Assembly: GCA_964014485.1 (NCBI GenBank) | Contig: CAXHAT010000140.1 | Location: 1-21,142, forward strand | Reading direction: 5' to 3' | DNA length: 21,142 bases | Source: an uncultured Deferribacteres bacterium | GTDB taxonomy: Bacteria > Zhuqueibacterota > Zhuqueibacteria > Zhuqueibacterales > Geothermadaptataceae | In this document: positions 16,189-21,142 of the stretch, piece after piece | Position numbering within the stretch: position 1 is the first letter of the stretch | Layout: each line of letters opens with the position of its first letter | Program-made: the position numbers and the translations under genes | The notes under the pieces: model-generated | Databases searched by the model: none | Told to the model about the DNA's origin: nothing | The model's input: only the letters and a program-made list of their open reading frames with translations

Positions 16189-17628
16189 TTACACTGGGCT
16201 GTTTTTTTTGATTTCTTTCAGGGTTTTTGCTTCCGCCTTTTGTTTGTAGAAGGCGTCAAGCGGATAGCAACCAGAAATGAGACCATTGCGAGGCGCAGTC
16301 GTACAATCGCTGAAGGTGCGGCAGAAAAGTTTGCGAGCGAAGGGCCGAGCAGACAGGATATCTGCCGGCAGCTCTGGATAGCTGAGAACCATTCTGCCCA
16401 GACCAACAAAATCAGTCCGATCGGTTCGAATGACGTGTTGAGCCACGTGCGGCAGGTACTCTTGCAGGTAGGAGTAGCCGCTCCCGACGAAGCACAGGTT
16501 GGGAAAGTCTGCTTTCAAAGCGGCGGTCAATTGGATATGCCGGGCGACGCCAACAAGGGGATCCTCAGGCGGGAGATAGCCGTCTGAAGGCGGAAAAAAG
16601 GCCGGTCTCGTTGTATGCGGTGTGTAATAGGGACTGCCAATCGTAATGCAAACCAGTTCGATATCCAGCTCTTCGAGAAGTTTTAGAAACGCGCGTGGTT
16701 CATCCAGAGAAAACTGCGCGCCGTCGCTGCCGAAGGCATAGGGATAATCTTCAATATCTGTTGCTTCAGGTACGCCGATTTTTCCTGGACCCATCGTGTA
16801 CGGAATGAGATCGAATGCGCTTAGTCGAACACCGACCTTGAGACCAGGCGCCTCGGCACGAACCCCGGCGACGACGTCTCGCAAAAAGCGCGTCCGGTTT
16901 TCGAAAGAGCCGCCAAACGGTCCCGGGCGATCGATAGCGGTGAGGAACTCATGTCCTAAATAGCCATGACAGTGTTTGACGTCCACAAAGTGGAAGCCGA
17001 GCCGCGAAGCCCGTTTTGCCGCAATGATGAAATCATCGATGAGCTGCTTGATAGTGTCATCATTCATGAGGTGGTCTTCCGGGCGGACTTTGAATTTTTT
17101 GTCCAGGAGGGGGTGTGCGTACAAAGTCCGCGGCTCAGAACGCGCGAAAGAACTGGGTTTGCAGAATCGCCCTGAATGGGTCAATTGCAATCCAAGAAGC
17201 AGATCATCCGTCTGCTCGTGCCGTTCCTGGTGTGCGTCGAGAAGCATTTTTTGCAGATCAGCAATCGACGACATAGTCGCCTCGGACATGATCAACTGAT
17301 TTGGATTCGCCCGACCATCGAAACGAACGGCGACGGCTTCACCGCCCCAGATGAACTTGGCTCCTGATTCGCCGAACCGTTGCCAGCGCCGTCGGGTTTC
17401 GTCGCTGGGTTTGCCGTCTGGCGTGCCGTCCCAGCCTTCCATGGGCAAAACGGCAAACCTGTTGCCAATTTTGAATCCATCCTTTAGGCGATAACCCTGC
17501 GCCAGCGGATTGTCTGCCGGGGCGGACAGGGCCATGTCAAAAGGAAGGTCAATCGCGTGGGCGTCCAGATAGGCTTGAAAATCTTCCGGCGTTTTGAGAG
17601 AAGCGACGCGTTTATATTTCAGTGCCAT
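16189..17628 (-). CDS. NADH:flavin oxidoreductase, old yellow enzyme (OYE) family
   Basis: [46 protein letters not shown] and FVGLGR. Start set at ATG 17628 (MALKY), 4 nt after the upstream TAA, rather than the overlapping 17664. Confidence 0.9.
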   Translation of the reverse strand: MALKYKRVASLKTPEDFQAYLDAHAIDLPFDMALSAPADNPLAQGYRLKDGFKIGNRFAVLPMEGWDGTPDGKPSDETRRRWQRFGESGAKFIWGGEAVAVRFDGRANPNQLIMSEATMSSIADLQKMLLDAHQERHEQTDDLLLGLQLTHSGRFCKPSSFARSEPRTLYAHPLLDKKFKVRPEDHLMNDDTIKQLIDDFIIAAKRASRLGFHFVDVKHCHGYLGHEFLTAIDRPGPFGGSFENRTRFLRDVVAGVRAEAPGLKVGVRLSAFDLIPYTMGPGKIGVPEATDIEDYPYAFGSDGAQFSLDEPRAFLKLLEELDIELVCITIGSPYYTPHTTRPAFFPPSDGYLPPEDPLVGVARHIQLTAALKADFPNLCFVGSGYSYLQEYLPHVAQHVIRTDRTDFVGLGRMVLSYPELPADILSARPFARKLFCRTFSDCTTAPRNGLISGCYPLDAFYKQKAEAKTLKEIKKNSPV

Positions 17629-17632
17629 TTTC

Positions 17633-19918
17633 TTAAGCCGTTTTCCACATGATTTGATCGTCAATGCGCGGCGTCACATGTCGATATTCTGCAATGAGCG
17701 CAATCTTGCGTTCAACCAGTTCCGGCAGGTTTTCGCCGTACATGTAGGCCGTTTCTCCGGTTTTCGACATCGCCATAAAGTGGGTCTGGCTGTCGGCCAG
17801 CAGCGCTTTCAGCGCTTTCGCGTTTTCCACTTCGCTATCGATGACGCTCTGGAGCTGTTCGTGGTATTTTTTCTGTTTGGCGGCTTCTTCCGTTCCGAGA
17901 TATCCATACATGCTGCCAACCCATCCACCAACGCTCCGCATGGTCCTGATCCAGCAACTCAATGCACGCAGGCGATCAAAGTGATCAAGGAAAATGGCGC
18001 GCCCCGTGTCCGGAGAGCTGGAAGCCAGGGCGTCCTTTGAGAGTGCAATTGCCTGATCAAGATGCGGCAGGACATGCTCATCAACGCGTTCGAGAAATTG
18101 GAGACCGTATTCCCGCGAAATAAGATCAAACAGAACGTCTCTCCCCATATCGACCATGTTGGTGTTGTTGGGCATTGTCACCATGAAGTCTTCGTAATAT
18201 TGCCGCTGTGGTTCTGGTACGGCATGCAGATCCGGCACAAAAGGGCGTACCCATAAACGATACCAGACAAAGCCAAAACCAGAGTAGAGCGGCAGCATCG
18301 GCAGCCAGCGAATGGCTGTCCCGGCTTTCTCCCAAATCTCGCGCAGGGTCGCGTCAGCCTGTCCTGCCCACTCTTTGGCTTTTTGCGCCAGAACCGCCTC
18401 CAACTCGACCTCCTGATCGCTCATGAAAGCGCGAAACACCTCCTGGTTGATATGGAACGGAGCAAGACTCCGCGGCGTGAGTCCGCCGATATTGGCAACA
18501 AACTTGAACCCGGAAGAGCGCATTGCACTCAGTTTAGCGTGCAGCATCTTGGGGAAAGGCAGCCCGAAAAGCGGTTCAAAGTTGAACCCGTTTCCGTGCG
18601 TGTACACCAGATGCGCGTCCAGACCTTTCGCGCTGTGTTCGCTGAGGAGCTGTTCTTCCTGCGCATCCAGGGCCGTATGCTGGACACTGCCGGCAACATT
18701 GCCATGATCCGGGTACTGAGGATGCGAGTAAGGCAGTTCGTAGCCTCGTACGAGCAGAGAAGGCACTTCGATGTCCAGGTTGGGTTCGAGCGCTTCGAGA
18801 ATATGATCATGTTCGACTTTGAACGGCTCGAGACGCAGGGCGACCTTGAAATCAGGATTGGTCGTGGCCGCCGCATCGCGAAGAATCTTCAGGAAATCAA
18901 CGATGTTCTTGCCCGCAACTTCCGCGATTTGCTCGTGCGTCCGCCACTCACGAATAAGATAGGGGCCTCCGTTTCGGCCAACATAAAGGGAACTGGTGTA
19001 TTCAAAGCCGGCGCCACTGTCGTTGCTCCAAACGCTGATGCAGCTCAATTCCGGAACTTCCTGCATGAGTCTTTGCACCATTTCCGTGTAGTGCTCCCGT
19101 ACGAGCGGGTGCGCATGCGTCAGGGTATAGCGCGGCTTGCGGCTTCTGTAGGGGTGATCGACGCGCGCTCCACGAAGAGTGGGATATTTGTTGAAGAACT
19201 TCTCCGGGACTGTGCGCGGTTCGAAGCAGAGCATGCCAGGGGCAAGTCCGTATTTTTGCGCCAGTTTTGCATATCTCTTCAGCACACCCAGATTGTGCGA
19301 CAAATAGTCCATTGGGTAGACGCCCTTGTTGAGTGTGCTGTAGACAAACTGATCAAGACCAAAACAATAGTTGTAGAACTGTGAGTAGAATTCACCTGGA
19401 ACTGATTCTTCGTACGGCGTCGGCCCGGCGATGCCATTGACTTCGACGTGAGTGTACCCGGTTCGCGCCAGATCCTGAATGTGCTCTTCAGGATCGAATC
19501 CGCAGGCGGTGCGCCACATCTGCGTCAAGAGATAGTCGAAGAGTGGGCGGTGCCAACGAAAGGCAGTTTGAAAATAGCGGCCTCCGGCAAAGTCGGAGAC
19601 AGGTAAATCCTGCCAGTCTTCCAAGAGTCGAGTCGTGTATAAATAGAGAATGTTCGGAACGGAGGCGACGAGCTGCCCGGCGCCGTTCTCGTCTAGCGAG
19701 ACATAGATCCAAGGATTCCCTTCAGGGGCTTTTTCGGCAATCGAGGCAAGTTTTTCGTCATCTGCCCGAAGGACGGCGATATCGAAATTGCTGCCATTGC
19801 CAGCGGCGCCGCTTGCCCCCAAAGCGGATTGACATGTTTTCTCGACTTCGCTTTGGGGATCTGATACAGAGAAGGTACCTGTGCGTGCCAGGGCTTGTTG
19901 AACTGTCAATCCAGCCAT
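17633..19918 (-). CDS. Hypothetical 761-aa protein, possibly glycoside-hydrolase-like
   Basis: Long ORF coupled to its neighbours (overlaps the upstream gene end, CAGGAG RBS). Layout is reminiscent of an N-terminal alpha/beta domain plus TIM barrel ([23 protein letters not shown]). No family recognised with confidence. Confidence 0.75.
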   Translation of the reverse strand: MAGLTVQQALARTGTFSVSDPQSEVEKTCQSALGASGAAGNGSNFDIAVLRADDEKLASIAEKAPEGNPWIYVSLDENGAGQLVASVPNILYLYTTRLLEDWQDLPVSDFAGGRYFQTAFRWHRPLFDYLLTQMWRTACGFDPEEHIQDLARTGYTHVEVNGIAGPTPYEESVPGEFYSQFYNYCFGLDQFVYSTLNKGVYPMDYLSHNLGVLKRYAKLAQKYGLAPGMLCFEPRTVPEKFFNKYPTLRGARVDHPYRSRKPRYTLTHAHPLVREHYTEMVQRLMQEVPELSCISVWSNDSGAGFEYTSSLYVGRNGGPYLIREWRTHEQIAEVAGKNIVDFLKILRDAAATTNPDFKVALRLEPFKVEHDHILEALEPNLDIEVPSLLVRGYELPYSHPQYPDHGNVAGSVQHTALDAQEEQLLSEHSAKGLDAHLVYTHGNGFNFEPLFGLPFPKMLHAKLSAMRSSGFKFVANIGGLTPRSLAPFHINQEVFRAFMSDQEVELEAVLAQKAKEWAGQADATLREIWEKAGTAIRWLPMLPLYSGFGFVWYRLWVRPFVPDLHAVPEPQRQYYEDFMVTMPNNTNMVDMGRDVLFDLISREYGLQFLERVDEHVLPHLDQAIALSKDALASSSPDTGRAIFLDHFDRLRALSCWIRTMRSVGGWVGSMYGYLGTEEAAKQKKYHEQLQSVIDSEVENAKALKALLADSQTHFMAMSKTGETAYMYGENLPELVERKIALIAEYRHVTPRIDDQIMWKTA

Positions 19919-20979
19919 TTGTGTAAGTTCTCCTGTACAAAATGGTCGTCGTTTAAGTGAGGATATGATTTATAGATGCGATCAATTTCTGCAAATTGGG
20001 ATTTCGAGAGAACCTCTTGCGGATTGAGCATCCAGGTTCCTTCCAGAAAACCCTGTCGCCGCAGAATTTCATGTACGCCTGGAATACAGCCGGCAAAGCC
20101 GTTGGCCGCATCGAAAATCGCGGCATTGGCGTCAGTCGTTTCCTGAGCCAGTTGAAGCAATTGCTGCGGCGCCGGTGCTGACGTACTCGTGTAGGTCTTA
20201 AGTTGTTCGACCAGCTCAACCGCGCTTCGCGTCCAGCAGGCCCAATGCCCAAGTAAACCGCCAACCATGCGCTGCGGCTTTCTCTGTTCTGGTCCGCCAA
20301 AATGAAAGGGCGTGAGCAGATCAAGGCAAATGTTATCGTCATTTCCGGTATACAAGGCCACATCCTGGCGCTCAGAAGACCAGACGGCCCGGACAACGTC
20401 CAGCGTCTGGTAGCGATTGAATGGCGCGATTTTGATTGCCAGCAGATTGGGGATTTCGATCGCTTTTTGCCAGAATTCGAACGGCAGAAGCCGGCCACCC
20501 ACCGCCGGTTGCAGATAAAAGCCCATCAACGGGATGATGCGGGCTATTTCCTTCAAATGATCGCAAAGCGCTTCTGTGTTTGCCTCTTGCAGGGCAGACA
20601 GGCTCACCAGACCGATATGGTAGCCCAGGTCTACAGCGAGTTTGGCTTCCTCGCAGGCTTGCCGCGTCTCACCAACGATCCCCGCGATCTTAATGATCGG
20701 CTTACCGGTTCTGACCACGTGCTGATCCATTGTTTCGGCGGCAAGGGTCAGGACTGGCTCGAGCAAATCGATTCCGGGGTTCCGAATTTCAAACTGGGTC
20801 GTATGAACGCCAACGGCAATACCGCTGGAGCCGGCAGCGCAATAGTACCGGGTCAGGGCCCGCTGTCTGCGTTCGTCAAGCTTGCGATGCTGATTTAAAG
20901 CAAGCGGGTGCGCAGGTATCACACCGCCCTTCAGAAGCTGTGCGCGAATTGCAGCGGATGGAAATGGGTAAGTTGTCAT
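19906..20979 (-). CDS. Dihydrodipicolinate synthase / N-acetylneuraminate lyase superfamily protein (class I aldolase or dehydratase)
   Basis: VIPAHPLAL, GIAVGVHTTQF, FYLQPAVGG (Tyr), AIKIAPF (Schiff-base Lys) and YTGNDD. Confidence 0.88.
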   Translation of the reverse strand: MTTYPFPSAAIRAQLLKGGVIPAHPLALNQHRKLDERRQRALTRYYCAAGSSGIAVGVHTTQFEIRNPGIDLLEPVLTLAAETMDQHVVRTGKPIIKIAGIVGETRQACEEAKLAVDLGYHIGLVSLSALQEANTEALCDHLKEIARIIPLMGFYLQPAVGGRLLPFEFWQKAIEIPNLLAIKIAPFNRYQTLDVVRAVWSSERQDVALYTGNDDNICLDLLTPFHFGGPEQRKPQRMVGGLLGHWACWTRSAVELVEQLKTYTSTSAPAPQQLLQLAQETTDANAAIFDAANGFAGCIPGVHEILRRQGFLEGTWMLNPQEVLSKSQFAEIDRIYKSYPHLNDDHFVQENLHKWLD

Positions 20980-21081
20980 GGGGTGAAATTATCACGTCGC
21001 CCAGGACATTTCTTGGCGAAAAGGGCGGAATTTCCTGAATATTTCCGGTTGCTGCAGATGCCCGTGCCCTGGAGATGTTAA

Positions 21082-21142
21082 AACTGATGTTACTCATAGA
21101 AGGCATAATCTCAAATTATGCCTGAATAACACTGTTTCTACG
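21082..21142. mobile_element. Probable small MITE truncated by the window end, with an internal 9-bp palindrome
   Basis: AACTGATGTTACTCATAGAA (21082-21101), then AGGCATAAT-CTCAA-ATTATGCCT (21101-21123). The window ends in GTTTCTACG, which begins the complementary repeat seen at 49-71. Confidence 0.45.

Noticed and set aside
17629..17664. Extended N-terminus of the OYE ORF (start 17664)
   Set aside because: It would overlap the upstream gene by 32 bp; ATG 17628 just after the upstream stop is more plausible.
18383..19384. 333-aa plus-strand ORF
   Set aside because: Lies wholly antisense to the operon-coupled 761-aa gene and has no recognisable motifs; a shadow ORF.
19906..20979. Gene symbol dapA
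   Set aside because: Lacks GTTGE, is longer than typical DapA and has no lysine-pathway neighbours.
20976..21142. Possible upstream minus-strand gene ending at the TGA overlapping the aldolase ATG, or the 76-aa ORF 20876-21106
   Set aside because: The frame ending at 20976 meets an in-frame TAA at 21078-21080 with no start codon in between. The 76-aa ORF overlaps the aldolase and starts inside a repeat.

Overview
Bacterial DNA (roughly mid-50s % GC by eye) holding two convergent blocks of 14 enzyme genes. They look like an uncharacterised catabolic cluster for an acidic or amino-sugar glycan. Plus strand (132-14939): PhyH-type 2OG/Fe(II) dioxygenase, uronate-dehydrogenase-like SDR, two MDR dehydrogenases, two secreted heparinase II/III-like proteins, an (alpha/alpha)6 glycosidase-like protein, a sugar-phosphate isomerase/epimerase, a class-III aminotransferase and a tandem-domain amidohydrolase. 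Minus strand (20979-15271): DHDPS-family aldolase, a 761-aa orphan, an OYE flavin oxidoreductase and a second PhyH. No transporter, regulator, transposase, RNA gene or CRISPR array was seen. The most unusual signal is non-coding. Each of the four internal intergenic gaps over 200 bp holds a MITE-like element of about 180-260 bp with its own terminal inverted repeats (TIRs), and a fifth repeat family appears at both window ends. Most of these carry REP/REPIN palindromes. The same 90-bp REPIN sits inside two unrelated shells. One shell is inserted, with an 11-bp target duplication (TSD), into the arm of another REP doublet. Another supplies the C-terminus and stop codon of the aminotransferase.
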